A DNA stretch of 64,000 nucleotides, taken from positions 224,001 to 288,000 of the forward strand of contig CAWIYV010000010.1 in the NCBI GenBank assembly GCA_963840455.1, written 5' to 3'. A program made the translations under genes and the position numbers. The stretch is from Nitrospirota bacterium (GTDB lineage Bacteria > Nitrospirota > UBA9217). The notes below the pieces were generated by a model, which was not told the origin of the DNA, searched no databases, and saw only the letters and a program-made list of their open reading frames with translations. Position 1 is the stretch's first letter, and every line of letters begins with the position of its first letter. Shown piece by piece: positions 1 to 10,755 of the stretch.

Positions 1-2
1 AT

Positions 3-1088
3 TTATACGCGGGCGGCGATGGGGCGGGAACAGCCGATCATGCGAATATCCTTGTGCTTCTTCGCTTCGAGGAGCGCCATGTCCGCGGCGAGCACCAGGT
101 CGTGGGACGCGGTCCCGTCCTGGGGATACGATGCGATCCCGACAGTGACCCCGATGGCGGACCGGTCCGAGGGGAGGGACCGCAGCGCCTCTCCCATGGC
201 GTTCTTGACACGCTTGGCGAACACCTGGTAGGCCTTTTCGAGCCGCGTCTCGGGAAGGATAATAACCATCTCGTCCCCCCCGTAGCGGGCGGCGAGGTCT
301 GAGCTCCGGAGAGATGTCCGGAGGGCCGCGCCCAGCGCGGCAAGCGCCTCATCCCCCGCCTGATGACCGTACCGGTCATTGTAGAGCTTGAAATCGTTCA
401 CGTCGACAAGCGCCAGCGAGAACTCCCTCCCGTGCCGCTCGGCCCGCTGGAGCTCCCGATTCAGCAACTCCTCGAAATAGCGCCGGTTGAAGAGACCCGT
501 GAGCCCGTCAGTGACGGCCCGGTGAGCCACTTCACGGTGCAGCCAGGCGTGGCTGATGGCGATCGCGGCAAAGGATGCAAGGATCTCGAGAGCCTCCAGG
601 TCCTTGGCAGCCAGCATGCGCACCGTTCCGTCGTCGACGAAGAGGATGCCCAAGGTCTCTTTCTGGTGGACAAGCGGCACGCAGACAAGGGCCTTGACCC
701 GTGGTTCCACGTTGTCGGGATCAGTGAAGAACGCCCGGTGGGGGGTGTCGGTGATGACCGTCAGACCCTGGCTCCGGAGCAGGCGGTCCATCAGGCTGTC
801 CGGCCGGACGAGCCATTCACGGTTGGAAATGAACGAGGGAGGAAGCCCCTTGTGGGCGTGGATGCGAAGGGTGTTCGTGATTGGGTGGTACAGGGCGATG
901 CTGCCGGCGGTGGTACCGCTCACTTCCATCGCTTTTCGCAGAATGACGGACAGTGATCGATCGAGATCAAGATGGGACACGACGGCCCGTGCGGTTCCGA
1001 GGATGTCCTGCAGGTCACTATGGCTCTTCAAGACTCCCACGGCTGCTCGTTGTCCCTCCTTCGGCGTATGACGCAACCACGCTCCCAT
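3..1088 (-). CDS. GAF-sensor diguanylate cyclase (GGDEF)
   Basis: GAF domain followed by TDGLTGLFNRR, DVNDFKLYNDRYGHQAGD, RSSD I-site and RYGGDEM active-site motif. Confidence 0.92.
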   Translation of the reverse strand: MGAWLRHTPKEGQRAAVGVLKSHSDLQDILGTARAVVSHLDLDRSLSVILRKAMEVSGTTAGSIALYHPITNTLRIHAHKGLPPSFISNREWLVRPDSLMDRLLRSQGLTVITDTPHRAFFTDPDNVEPRVKALVCVPLVHQKETLGILFVDDGTVRMLAAKDLEALEILASFAAIAISHAWLHREVAHRAVTDGLTGLFNRRYFEELLNRELQRAERHGREFSLALVDVNDFKLYNDRYGHQAGDEALAALGAALRTSLRSSDLAARYGGDEMVIILPETRLEKAYQVFAKRVKNAMGEALRSLPSDRSAIGVTVGIASYPQDGTASHDLVLAADMALLEAKKHKDIRMIGCSRPIAARV

Positions 1089-1103
1089 GAATGAAAAACC
1101 TTA

Positions 1104-1946
1104 TCACACCACCAGCAGATTGTCAATGAGCCGTGTAGCGCCGATGCGCACGGCGACAAGCAGTACTATTCTGTCCTTGATGGTTGCAAGCGGTGAAAGG
1201 TCGTCCGGATCAGCGACCTCGACATAATCAATCTCAACACCTTTCTCCTGTGCAATGATCGCGCGCATCTTCTGCTTCACCTTTTCCGGCTCCCGCACAC
1301 CCGACCGGACGAGCTCTTGTGCAGCCAAGAGCGCCCGGTACAGACAAGCTGCCTTTTTGCGATGCTCCGCGTCGAGATAGGAGTTCCGCGAGCTCATGGC
1401 AAGCCCGTCGGACTCGCGCATTGTCGGCAGGACCGCGATCTCAACATCGAGGTCAAGACCCTTCTTCATCCGCTTGATCACCGCGCACTGCTGATAGTCC
1501 TTCTGACCAAAGTACGACCGGTGGGGTTGAACGATATGGAACAATTTTGCCACCACCGTGGCAACGCCCCGGAAGTGACCGGGCCGGATGGCTCCCTCGA
1601 GGATGTCGGAGAGCCCTTCGACGGTGATGAAGACCATAGGCTTGTCCGGATACATCTCCGCAACCGTTGGCATGAAGATGACATCCACGCCGACGGACTC
1701 GCATTTCTTGCGGTCGCCCTCCACGTCGCGGGGATAGCGGGCCAGGTCCTCCTTCGGCCCGAACTGCACGGGGTTCACGAAGATGCTCGCGACAACAATG
1801 TCATTCTCCTGCCGGGCCGTCCGCATGAGCGACAGGTGCCCTTCGTGCAGGAACCCCATCGTCGGCACGAAGCCGATGCGCTTGCCCTCCTTGCGGAAGG
1901 ACTCGGCAAGGGCTTGCATGCCGGCAATAGTGGTTATGATCTGCAT
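1104..1946 (-). CDS. panC: pantoate--beta-alanine ligase
   Basis: GFVPTMGFLHEGH, SIFVNPVQF, RPGHFRGV, FGQKDYQQ, GLAMSSRN, RLIDN motifs. Confidence 0.98.
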   Translation of the reverse strand: MQIITTIAGMQALAESFRKEGKRIGFVPTMGFLHEGHLSLMRTARQENDIVVASIFVNPVQFGPKEDLARYPRDVEGDRKKCESVGVDVIFMPTVAEMYPDKPMVFITVEGLSDILEGAIRPGHFRGVATVVAKLFHIVQPHRSYFGQKDYQQCAVIKRMKKGLDLDVEIAVLPTMRESDGLAMSSRNSYLDAEHRKKAACLYRALLAAQELVRSGVREPEKVKQKMRAIIAQEKGVEIDYVEVADPDDLSPLATIKDRIVLLVAVRIGATRLIDNLLVV

Positions 1947-2197
1947 TGACGGGAACGGCCCCCGGGGATCACGAACCTCTCGGTTATGATCCGCTTGAAC
2001 CGGGGTGCATAGACAAGGTCGTAGACGTGCTCCTTGTCCGGGAACAGAGCAAGCGCCGCGTTCTTCGTGTTGCGCATGATCTCGAAGGCCTCCCGGAGCG
2101 TGAGGTTCGCCTGCATCAGGACCGCCTGGTTCAGATCGACAAGCAGCCTAAGCCGCCGCATGCGCTTCTCTTCTTCCGCCAGATCGTCCCGGTGCAT
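1934..2197 (-). CDS. small hypothetical protein
   Basis: MHRDDLAEEEKRMRRLRLLVD...ALFPDKEHVYDLVYAPRFKRII; overlaps the panC start as expected in an operon. Confidence 0.75.
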   Translation of the reverse strand: MHRDDLAEEEKRMRRLRLLVDLNQAVLMQANLTLREAFEIMRNTKNAALALFPDKEHVYDLVYAPRFKRIITERFVIPGGRSRQCRS

Positions 2198-2274
2198 AGT
2201 GCGTACATGATACAACTTCGCACGGTTCTTTTCAATCAGTTCGCCGTTCTTGCGCGGGGACGCGGCGGAGGAGA

Positions 2275-2928
2275 TCACCGCACCGGAAGGACATAGAAGA
2301 AGATCGCGAAGTAGTGGAAGACGCTGCCTGCCAGGACGAAGAGGTGCCAGATGGGATGGGCATAAGGCAGCCGGTGCCAAGCGTAGAAGACCACACCGAC
2401 CGTATAGGAAAGTCCCCCGGCAACGAGCCAGACGAGCCCGCGGACGCTCACGGCATCCATGACCGGCTTGATGGCGATCACCACGATCCAGCCCATCAGC
2501 AGATACAGGATCGTCGAAATGAACCCCAGCCGGCCGAAGAAGAACACGTTGAGCAGGATGCCGGTGACCGCCAGCCCCCAGATCAGGCCGAACATGGTCC
2601 AGCCCCAGGGGCCCCGCAGGCTGACCAGGGTGAACGGCGTGTAGGTCCCGGCAATGAGGAGGTAGATCGCGGTGTGGTCGAAGAACTGCAGGAGACGCTT
2701 GGCGCGGGGAGACCGCGCGCCGTGATAGAACGCCGACGCGAGATAAAGCAGGACCAGCGTCGCACCGTAGATGATGAAACTCGCCGTCCGCCAGGCATCG
2801 CTATGTCGCCAGGCGCCGACCGCGAGGGCGCCGAGGCCGGCGATGCCGAAGACCGCTCCGATGCCGTGGGTGATGACATTGACCAGCTCTTCGCCTGAGG
2901 TTTGGCTACCGTTCGGCTTCCACTTCAT
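2275..2928 (-). CDS. hemolysin III / PAQR family membrane protein
   Basis: EELVNVITHG, SAFYH, DHTAIYLLIAGTYTP, HPIWHLFVLAG motifs; 7 hydrophobic segments. Confidence 0.93.
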   Translation of the reverse strand: MKWKPNGSQTSGEELVNVITHGIGAVFGIAGLGALAVGAWRHSDAWRTASFIIYGATLVLLYLASAFYHGARSPRAKRLLQFFDHTAIYLLIAGTYTPFTLVSLRGPWGWTMFGLIWGLAVTGILLNVFFFGRLGFISTILYLLMGWIVVIAIKPVMDAVSVRGLVWLVAGGLSYTVGVVFYAWHRLPYAHPIWHLFVLAGSVFHYFAIFFYVLPVR

Positions 2929-2985
2929 AATGCTCCGATCAGGAAAAGGGCGGGGCCCCGCATCAACAGGACCGCCTTCGATGGT

Positions 2986-3495
2986 CTACTTGCCTCTGCT
3001 GCGTGTCCGCGGCCTGCCTTCCTTGCGCACATAGGTCCCGCTCTTGCCCCCGGTCTTTTTGAGCAGGCGGACATCATCAACGGTCATGGCCCGGTCAACC
3101 GATTTGCACATGTCGTAGATGGTAAGGCCGGCGACCGCGGCGGCAGTGAGCGCCTCCATCTCGACGCCCGTCCTGCCCGTAGTCCGGACCGTGGCGAGGA
3201 TGTCCACACACGAGGCTTTCCTGTCGGGTTCGAAGGCGATCTCAACAGCGGCGAGGTCCAGGGGATGGGACATGGGGATGAGGTCGGGCGTCCTCTTGGC
3301 GGCCATGATCCCGGCGACCCGGGCAACACCGAACACATCGCCCTTGGCGACCTTCCGGTCCACAATGAGCCTGAGCGTGGCATGTTCCATGGTCACCCGC
3401 GCTCCGGCAACGGCAACACGGACGGTTGCTTCCTTTCCGGAAACATCGACCATGCGGGCGGCGCCTGTTTCGTCGAAGTGGGTCAGTTTCTTCAT
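2986..3495 (-). CDS. moaC: cyclic pyranopterin monophosphate synthase MoaC
   Basis: LTHFD, MVDVSGK, GIMAAKRT, TGVEMEAL, YDMCKSVD, KTGGKSG. Confidence 0.97.
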   Translation of the reverse strand: MKKLTHFDETGAARMVDVSGKEATVRVAVAGARVTMEHATLRLIVDRKVAKGDVFGVARVAGIMAAKRTPDLIPMSHPLDLAAVEIAFEPDRKASCVDILATVRTTGRTGVEMEALTAAAVAGLTIYDMCKSVDRAMTVDDVRLLKKTGGKSGTYVRKEGRPRTRSRGK

Positions 3496-3574
3496 CGGGA
3501 GGCTGCCTCAGATCGGCAGAAACGCTTGCTATCGATGTTCCTCCGCACTCCGAACCCCGATCTCCGCACTGCCG

Positions 3575-4564
3575 TCATCCTCCAATTCGCGACATCGTCC
3601 GTTCGAAGCATCCGCCCGGCAACTCAGCGATATAGTGCCGTTCGGGCTTGATCTCGAGGGCGAGCCGGAGCAGACGCTCAAGCTCGGCGTCGCTGCAGCC
3701 TCCCCGCATGGGCGACTTGACGTCGATCTCGGTGTCGGACAGAAGGCAGGGCCTGATCTTTCCGTCAGCCGTCAATCGGAGCCTGCGGCATGAGTCGCAG
3801 AAATGCTTGGAGATGGGGGTGATGAAGCCGATGACCCCTTGCCCTCCGGGAACCCGGAAGTTCTGCGACGGCCCGGCGCCCGCGCCGGACCCTGCGGGCT
3901 CCAGGGGCCCGAACACGTTCTCAATGGACCGACGGATCTCGCCGGCCGGCACACAGACGTCGGTGTTCCAGCGGTCACGAGCGCCGATGGGCATGAACTC
4001 GATGAACCGGACGTGGATCTTGCGTTCCAGGGTCAGGCGGGCGAATGCCACGACCTCGTCGTCGTTCACGCCCCTGACCGGTACCATATTGAGCTTGATG
4101 GGATCGAACCCGATCTCCTCGGCCGTTTCAATGCCTTGCCAGACCCTGCTCCAGAGATCGCTGCCCGTGATGGCGGAAAACCGCTTCGGGTCGAGCGTAT
4201 CGAGGCTGATGTTGAGGCGCGAGATCCCGGCGGCCCGGAGCCCGGCGGCCATCTCCTGGAGCAGGACGCCGTTGGTGGTCACACTGATGTCCTCGATGCC
4301 TGCGATGTCCCGGAGCGAGGCGATGAACGGCACGATCCCCCGCCGGACCAGCGGTTCACCGCCCGTGATGCGCACATGGGAGATCCCGAGCGGCGCAGCC
4401 ATTGCCACAAGGCGGCGGATCTCCTCGTACCGGAGGATGTCGGCGTGCGCCAAAGCCTTCATGCTCGTTCGCGGTCTGCAGTAAACGCAGGAGAGATTGC
4501 AGCGGTCGGTGACGGAGACCCGGAGATAGTCGATGCGCCGGTTGCGGGGATCGATGAGCGGCAT
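3575..4564 (-). CDS. moaA: GTP 3',8-cyclase MoaA
   Basis: YLRVSVTDRCNLSCVYC radical-SAM motif, FCDSCRRLR...PCL second cluster, C-terminal IGG; start placed at MPLIDP. Confidence 0.97.
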   Translation of the reverse strand: MPLIDPRNRRIDYLRVSVTDRCNLSCVYCRPRTSMKALAHADILRYEEIRRLVAMAAPLGISHVRITGGEPLVRRGIVPFIASLRDIAGIEDISVTTNGVLLQEMAAGLRAAGISRLNISLDTLDPKRFSAITGSDLWSRVWQGIETAEEIGFDPIKLNMVPVRGVNDDEVVAFARLTLERKIHVRFIEFMPIGARDRWNTDVCVPAGEIRRSIENVFGPLEPAGSGAGAGPSQNFRVPGGQGVIGFITPISKHFCDSCRRLRLTADGKIRPCLLSDTEIDVKSPMRGGCSDAELERLLRLALEIKPERHYIAELPGGCFERTMSRIGG

Positions 4565-4715
4565 GAAAAACTCTACCACAGGCCCCCTTGAACTGCAAGG
4601 CGAAATTATCGCCTTGACCTGTCTTCCGATTGTGAGTATACTTTTTTTCGTGCAGGTTCCCGGCTGTTCTGCAGCGGCAGGATGCCCAGGCAACCGGCAC
4701 GGGAACGATATTCGT

Positions 4716-5267
4716 ATGACGAAGCCCGTCAAAAGAGAGTATTTCACCCAGGGCAAGGGGTTCCTGAGCTCGACCGGGCCTCAGGCGCGGTTCATCCTTT
4801 TTCTCATCTTCCTTCTCATCGCCTATACCTTTCTCATCATGATCTTTCGGAAGTTCGCCAAGATCGTGGATCTGCCGGTCTTCATTCCCATCGCCCTGAC
4901 CTCCCTCGTGGCCTTCATCGGCATCGCCGGTACGCTCTATTCCCACCGCTTCGTAGGCCCGGTGGTGCGCATCAGGAAAGCCCTCGAACAAGTGGCGCAG
5001 GGCGACTGCTCGGTGACGCTCCGGCTTCGGGACTCCGATGATCCCATGCTCAAGGACCTGGTCCGGACGATCGGCGGCCTGTGCGAGCATACCAGGCATT
5101 CCCACCGTTCCGTCCACGAAGCTGCGCAAGGCCTGTTCACTGACCTCGCTGCCCTCCAGGAAAGCATCGCGAAGGGCGCGCAGGGGGTCATTCTGGAAAA
5201 ACAGCTGGCAGCAGTCCGTCAGAGACAGGCGACGCTGGAAAAGGCCGTTCAATCGCTCGGAACATAA
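4716..5267 (+). CDS. two-TM HAMP-domain protein (MCP-like fragment)
   Basis: two hydrophobic segments then SHRFVGPVVRIRKALEQVAQGD...LRLRDSD HAMP pattern and a coiled coil. Confidence 0.7.
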   Translation: MTKPVKREYFTQGKGFLSSTGPQARFILFLIFLLIAYTFLIMIFRKFAKIVDLPVFIPIALTSLVAFIGIAGTLYSHRFVGPVVRIRKALEQVAQGDCSVTLRLRDSDDPMLKDLVRTIGGLCEHTRHSHRSVHEAAQGLFTDLAALQESIAKGAQGVILEKQLAAVRQRQATLEKAVQSLGT

Positions 5268-5282
5268 CGCAAAGGGGAAGCC

Positions 5283-5573
5283 ATGGCGTCTGGAGGCGGA
5301 GGCGGTGTAGGCGGAAAAAGCATGAAGGCCGTCGCCAATGATGTGAGCGAGGGCTATATGACGATCAATCCCCTGGTCCTGAAAAAGTTCGACAAGGACA
5401 TGATCAAAGACCTCTTCGAACATCTCAGCAAGGCCATGGCTGCGGCCAGGAACCTCGCCGCGCCGTTCAACGACATGCCAGCCCTGCGTCAGAAGAACAT
5501 GAAGCTCCAGCGTCTTCACAACGCCATCATCATCCTCCGAAACTTCGCCCGCGAGAGGCGCATCCCCATCTAA
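5283..5573 (+). CDS. hypothetical protein
   Basis: 96-aa ORF with RBS (aaggggaag), followed by a terminator hairpin. Confidence 0.75.
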   Translation: MASGGGGGVGGKSMKAVANDVSEGYMTINPLVLKKFDKDMIKDLFEHLSKAMAAARNLAAPFNDMPALRQKNMKLQRLHNAIIILRNFARERRIPI

Positions 5574-5579
5574 TCAAAA

Positions 5580-5610
5580 CGGGGAACGACCTTAAAAAGG
5601 TCGTTCCCCG
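5580..5610. terminator. intrinsic terminator-like hairpin between convergent genes
   Basis: cggggaacgacct-taaaa-aggtcgttccccg perfect inverted repeat. Confidence 0.7.
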
Positions 5611-5683
5611 ACTGCCCATGGCTGATCGCTCATGGTTCATCGTTTACGTCGTGGCTATGACCTATGAGCTGTGACCTGTTTTT

Positions 5684-6919
5684 CTACTCCACGGCGATCG
5701 CGAAGCGCTTCTTGAAGTCCTCGGGCTTCATCTTCACCGCCGCCGCCAGCTTCTGCAGCATCTCGCCCTCAAGGTCCTCCTTCTCCAGCCGGATCATGTA
5801 GCGCCGCGCCATGTGGTAATCGTCCGAATCGATCTCGACGGTGCGGATCCTCGTCTTCTTCGTTGCCGGGTCGATGAGGTCGGCGAACTTGATCGGGATG
5901 CTCTTGCCGTCCTTCAGCATGATCATGGCGCCGGACCCGCCGTTGACCAGGAACTTGACCGCGCTGAAGCCCAGATAGCGCGTATATTCCCGGTCATAGG
6001 AGATCGGGGGATGGCATCGCAGCTCGTAGCCGATGTCCTTGCCGATGATGGTCATCTTGAGGCCCAGCGAGGCAAGCTCCTGGAGGACGTGCTGCTTCAG
6101 CATGTCGGCCAGCGGGATCTCGGCAAGCCGGATGTTCCCGTGCTCGTCCCGCGGCACATCCTTCAGGATCGTCATCTCTTCGGGGTCGAAGCGGATCGCC
6201 ACGCCCTCGCCAATCACCGCCACGCCGTGGTTCCTCCCCGACACCATACGCTTAATGATGGCGCCCGTCAGGATGGCCACGACCTTCTTCCATGATATCT
6301 TGTTGCCAAGCTCCTCAGGGATAAGCGTCAGCGTGGCGCCGGCGCCCATGCCCATTCCGAGCGCGAGGTGGCCGGCCGACCGGCCCATGGCCACGATGAA
6401 ATACCACCGAAAGGCCGTTTGCGAGTCCTCCATCAGGTTCTCGACGAGCTGCGCGCCGAGCTGCTTGGCGGTCTCGAACCCGAAGGTCGGCACGCCGTGG
6501 GGGAGCGGAAGGTCGTTGTCGATGGTCTTGGGCACGTGGCAGACCGCGATCTTCCCTCCCGCCACCTTTTCCACCTGTGTGGCCGTGAACGCCGTGTCGT
6601 CGCCGCCGATGGTCACGAGATACTTGACATTCAGTTCCGTCAGGGCCTTGATGACGTTCGCCATCTTGGCGGGATCCTTCGTCGGGTTCTCCCGCGAGGT
6701 GCGGATGATGGACCCGCCGCGCATGTGGATGCGCGAGATATCCTCGGGGTTCAGGTCCATGATCTGAGACGAGTCGCCCTTGGAAAGCCACTTGAAGCCG
6801 TCGTAGATGCCGATCACCTCAAGCCCCTGCTTCGAGGCCTCGAACGTGACCGAGCTGATCACGCCGTTGATCCCGGGCGCCGGACCGCCGCCGACCACAA
6901 TCGCGAGCTTTCCTGCCAT
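5684..6919 (-). CDS. pfp: pyrophosphate-dependent phosphofructokinase
   Basis: GGGPAPGIN, GGDD (Asp characteristic of PPi use), PKTIDND, MGR, IGYELR. Confidence 0.92.
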   Translation of the reverse strand: MAGKLAIVVGGGPAPGINGVISSVTFEASKQGLEVIGIYDGFKWLSKGDSSQIMDLNPEDISRIHMRGGSIIRTSRENPTKDPAKMANVIKALTELNVKYLVTIGGDDTAFTATQVEKVAGGKIAVCHVPKTIDNDLPLPHGVPTFGFETAKQLGAQLVENLMEDSQTAFRWYFIVAMGRSAGHLALGMGMGAGATLTLIPEELGNKISWKKVVAILTGAIIKRMVSGRNHGVAVIGEGVAIRFDPEEMTILKDVPRDEHGNIRLAEIPLADMLKQHVLQELASLGLKMTIIGKDIGYELRCHPPISYDREYTRYLGFSAVKFLVNGGSGAMIMLKDGKSIPIKFADLIDPATKKTRIRTVEIDSDDYHMARRYMIRLEKEDLEGEMLQKLAAAVKMKPEDFKKRFAIAVE

Positions 6920-7117
6920 GCCTGCCTCCTGCGAATATCGACAGATTAACGTGTGAAACAACGAGACAATGTTACCCTTGATACCGCGGCAAATCTAACA
7001 AAACAACGGGAACTTGTCAATGATAAAGGGGTGGGAAAGCATCGGCACAGCCGGCGGTCACCGGATGGGCTCACGATCAATGAACGGGCCCGAGAACAAC
7101 CGCCTTCGCGTGATTTG

Positions 7118-7312
7118 CTATTTCCTGAAGACCTGCATGATGCCGAATGCCGTACATGCCCCGCCGCCGATCAGCAGGAACAAGGCGCGTTCTGACGGGC
7201 CTCTGCCGACCGCACGGGAGATACTCGAACCGAATGCGCCGAACTCCTGCATGCCCAGGACAAGAAGAATGATGCCGATGACCAGAAGCACTATCCCCAG
7301 ATTCTTTTTCAT
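7118..7312 (-). CDS. small two-TM membrane protein (DUF3185-like)
   Basis: MKKNLGIVLLVIGIILL...SSISRAVGRGPSERALFLLIGGG; RBS ggagg upstream. Confidence 0.75.
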   Translation of the reverse strand: MKKNLGIVLLVIGIILLVLGMQEFGAFGSSISRAVGRGPSERALFLLIGGGACTAFGIMQVFRK

Positions 7313-7358
7313 GGTCCAGGCCCCTCCTGAAGTATGGTTCTGATGCCCTGTCGAGCTG

Positions 7359-8474
7359 CTATTTTCCCTTCTCCCCGAAGATCTCCTTCACCTTCTCGAA
7401 GAAGCCCTTGGTGATCGGTGTGCATTCATCCTTGGACAGGCAGTCGAACTCTTTAAGCAGCTCCTTCTGTTTCGACGTAAGCTTGGTCGGGATCTCCACC
7501 ATGACCCTGCAGAGCTGGTCGCCGGAACCCGAGCCCCTGAGGTGCGGGAACCCTTTGCCGCGGAGCCGGAAAGCGTGGCCCGGCTGGGTGCCGGCCGGCA
7601 CCTTGAGCTTTTCGGTCCCGTTCAGCGTGGGAACCTCAAGCTCCGTGCCCAGGGCGGCCTGGGCAAAGCTGACGGGGATGTCGAGGATGATGTTCTGCCC
7701 CTCGCGCCTGAAGAGCGGGTGCTCCTCGACGGTCAGGTAGATGTAGAGGTCGCCAGGGGGTCCACCGTACTCTCCCAGTTCACCCTCGCCGGACAGCCGG
7801 ATGGTGTTTCCGGTCTCTACGCCGCCGGGGATCTTGACGGACAGCGTGCGCTCGCGTTCTACGCGCTTCCTCCCCCTGCAGACGGGGCAGGGGTCGGTGA
7901 TCACGTTGCCTTCGCCGCCGCAGCGCGAGCAGGTGCGGGTAATGCTGAAGAATCCCTGCTGCATGCGGATCTGGCCCGTCCCCCGGCACGTGGTACACGT
8001 GCCGATGCTGTCCTTGGTTTTGGCGCCGCTCCCATCGCAGGCCTCGCAGCGCTCCCACCGCGGAACGCGGATCTTGGTCGAGGTACCGGAGGCGGCATCG
8101 GCGAAGCTGATGGTCAGATTGTAGCGAAGGTCCTCACCGGCAACAGCCCGGGTCCGGCCGCGTCCCCCTCCTCCGAAAAATTCGCCGAAGATATCGCCGA
8201 AGATATCGCCCATTCCCGCGCCTGCGCCGAACCCGCCAGGGCCTGCGCCTTGCGTGCCGGGCGCTACTCCGTATTGGTCGTAATAGGCCCGCTTTTCGGG
8301 GTCCGAGAGGACCTCGTAGGCGTGGCTGATCTCCTTGAACTTCTCCTCGGAGGCCTTGTCACCGGGGTTCTTGTCGGGATGGTACTGGTGGGCCAGTTTC
8401 CGGTAGGATTTTTTGAGGTCAGCTTCGGTGGCGTTCCGGTGCACGCCCAGCAGTTCATAGAGATCTTTCGCCAT
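7359..8474 (-). CDS. dnaJ: chaperone DnaJ
   Basis: J domain with HPD, G/F-rich region, four CxxCxGxG repeats. Confidence 0.98.
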   Translation of the reverse strand: MAKDLYELLGVHRNATEADLKKSYRKLAHQYHPDKNPGDKASEEKFKEISHAYEVLSDPEKRAYYDQYGVAPGTQGAGPGGFGAGAGMGDIFGDIFGEFFGGGGRGRTRAVAGEDLRYNLTISFADAASGTSTKIRVPRWERCEACDGSGAKTKDSIGTCTTCRGTGQIRMQQGFFSITRTCSRCGGEGNVITDPCPVCRGRKRVERERTLSVKIPGGVETGNTIRLSGEGELGEYGGPPGDLYIYLTVEEHPLFRREGQNIILDIPVSFAQAALGTELEVPTLNGTEKLKVPAGTQPGHAFRLRGKGFPHLRGSGSGDQLCRVMVEIPTKLTSKQKELLKEFDCLSKDECTPITKGFFEKVKEIFGEKGK

Positions 8475-8498
8475 AAGAAACCCTGTCAAGCCAGTTTA

Positions 8499-8638
8499 GC
8501 TGCAGAGGACACAGAGCGCGCCGAGGACAGTACGAAATACGGCATTTACTGCACAACGAGAACAGTCGGCCATTTGTTACCTGATCAGCTTCCCATTTGG
8601 TTCGCGGGTTTCTCTGTGTTCTCGGTGACCTCGGTGGC
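8499..8638. repeat. inverted pair of 9-bp-period tandem repeats between dnaK and dnaJ
   Basis: left gctgcagag-gacacagag-cgcgccgag; right ctctgtgtt-ctcggtgac-ctcggtggc. Confidence 0.6.
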
Positions 8639-8717
8639 CGCCTTGTCCTTTCAAAAAAAAGGATAGCAGTTCGGCGCAGTTCCCGCCCGTTCCCTGCTAT
8701 CCTCGCGTCATGCTGTA

Positions 8718-10652
8718 TTACTTCTTGTCCTTGTCCACTTCCTCGAACTCGGCGTCGACGACCTTCTCCTCGGGCTTTGAGCCGCCGCCCGCCGTCCCTG
8801 CGGTCGTGCCGCCGCCCGCCGCACCGCCGCCCGGCCCCTGCTCCCGGTTCATCTTGGTGTAGACCTCTTCGGCGATCTTATGGGACGCCTTGGAGAGGTC
8901 GGCCACGGCCTTCTTGATGGCCTCGACGTCGCTCTTGTCCTTCACTTCCTTGGTGGCCTCGATTGCCTTCTGGATGTCCGCCCTCTCTGCGTCGCTCAGC
9001 TTGGAGCCGAAATCAGTGATGGACTTTTCCACAGAGTAAATGAGCGTTTCAGCGTCGTTCCGGACCTCGGCCAGCTCCTTCTTCTTCTTATCCTCGGCGG
9101 CGTGCATCTCGGAATCCTTCAATGCCTTATCGATCTCCTCCTTGCTCATGCCGGAGGATGCCGTGATCTTGATGGACTGCTCGCGGCCGGTGCCCAGGTC
9201 CTTGGCCATGACATGCACGATCCCGTTCGCATCGATGTCGAAGGTCACCTCGATCTGCGGCAGGCCACGCGGTGCCGGCGGGATGCCCACCAGCTCGAAG
9301 CGGCCCAGGGTTTTGTTGTCGCCGGCCATCTCGCGTTCGCCCTGCACCACGTGGATGGACACTGCCGTCTGGTTGTCCGACGCCGTGGAGAATATCTGGC
9401 TCTTCTTGGTCGGGATGGTGGTGTTCCGCTCGATGAGCCGGGTGGCCACGCCGCCCAGGGTCTCGATGCCGAGCGACAGCGGCGTCACGTCGAGGAGCAG
9501 CACGTCCTTCACCTGGCCGGTCAGCACCGCACCCTGGATGGCCGCGCCGACGGCCACGACCTCATCAGGGTTCACGCCGCGATGCGGCTCTTTTTTGAAG
9601 AACTCCTTCACCGCGGCGATAACTCTGGGCATGCGCGTCATGCCGCCCACCATGACCGCCTCGTTGATCTGCTCGGTCGTCTTGCCCGCATCGCCAAGCG
9701 CCTTCTTCACCGGCTCGATGCTCTTCGTAACAAGGTCATTGACGAGCTGCTCGAACTTGGAGCGGGGCAGCTTGTACAGCAGATGCTTCGGACCCGTGGC
9801 GTCTGCCGTGATGAACGGCAGGTTGATCTCGGTCTCCGCCACCGTGGACAGCTCGATCTTGGCCTTCTCCGCCGCCTCCTTGAGCCGCTGGAGCGCCATC
9901 TTGTCCTTCCGGAGATCGATCCCGGAGTCCTTCAGGAACGAGTCCGCGAGCCAGTTGATGACCCGCTCATCAAAATCGTCGCCGCCGAGGAATGTGTCGC
10001 CGTTCGTGGACTTCACCTCGAACACGCCCTCTCCCAGTTCCAGGATGGAGATGTCGAACGTGCCGCCGCCCAGGTCGTAGACCGCGATGGTCTCGTCCTT
10101 CCGCTTGTCCAGCCCGTAAGCAAGCGATGCCGCCGTGGGTTCATTGATGATGCGCAGCACGTTCAGGCCCGCGATCCTGCCCGCATCCTTCGTGGCTTGG
10201 CGCTGGCTGTCGTTAAAGTAGGCCGGTACGGTGACGACCGCATCGGTGATCTTCTCACCCAGATAGTCTTCGGCGGTCTGACGCATCTTCTGCAGGATCA
10301 TGGCCGAAATCTCGGCCGGGCTGTAGACCTTGCCGCGGACCTCGACGTGGGCATCGCCGTTCGCCGCCTTCACGATCTTATAAGGAAGGTGCTTCATGGC
10401 TTCCTGCACCTCGGCCGTATCGTACTTGCGCCCGATGAGCCGTTTGATGGAAAAGATCGTGTTGTCGGGGTTCGTGATGGACTGCCGTTTCGCGATCTGC
10501 CCGACCAGCCGCTCACCGCTCTCTGTGATTGCCACGACCGATGGCGTGGTCCTGCTGCCTTCCGAATTCGCGATCACAACCGGCTCGCCGCCCTCCATCA
10601 CGGCAACGCACGAGTTCGTAGTGCCCAGATCGATCCCAATGACTTTACCCAT
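8718..10652 (-). CDS. dnaK: chaperone DnaK
   Basis: [31 protein letters not shown]. Confidence 0.99.
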   Translation of the reverse strand: MGKVIGIDLGTTNSCVAVMEGGEPVVIANSEGSRTTPSVVAITESGERLVGQIAKRQSITNPDNTIFSIKRLIGRKYDTAEVQEAMKHLPYKIVKAANGDAHVEVRGKVYSPAEISAMILQKMRQTAEDYLGEKITDAVVTVPAYFNDSQRQATKDAGRIAGLNVLRIINEPTAASLAYGLDKRKDETIAVYDLGGGTFDISILELGEGVFEVKSTNGDTFLGGDDFDERVINWLADSFLKDSGIDLRKDKMALQRLKEAAEKAKIELSTVAETEINLPFITADATGPKHLLYKLPRSKFEQLVNDLVTKSIEPVKKALGDAGKTTEQINEAVMVGGMTRMPRVIAAVKEFFKKEPHRGVNPDEVVAVGAAIQGAVLTGQVKDVLLLDVTPLSLGIETLGGVATRLIERNTTIPTKKSQIFSTASDNQTAVSIHVVQGEREMAGDNKTLGRFELVGIPPAPRGLPQIEVTFDIDANGIVHVMAKDLGTGREQSIKITASSGMSKEEIDKALKDSEMHAAEDKKKKELAEVRNDAETLIYSVEKSITDFGSKLSDAERADIQKAIEATKEVKDKSDVEAIKKAVADLSKASHKIAEEVYTKMNREQGPGGGAAGGGTTAGTAGGGSKPEEKVVDAEFEEVDKDKK

Positions 10653-10755
10653 ACTAGTATCCTCCTTCAGTTATCCTTCGTATGAAAATTAAGGGCGGTG
10701 AGCCGGCAGGGACCATTGTGACTTCCGCGCCATGCCGCCCGGTACCTCTTCTCTC

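Noticed and set aside
3-1088. Hypr-type (cGAMP-making) GGDEF enzyme partnering the riboswitch
   Set aside because: It keeps Asp in GHQAGD rather than the Hypr Ser/Thr, so it is an ordinary diguanylate cyclase.
8880-10685. Long antisense ORFs (opposite dnaK, and similar ones opposite lysA and the ABC genes)
   Set aside because: Shadow ORFs caused by high-GC codon bias opposite well-supported genes.
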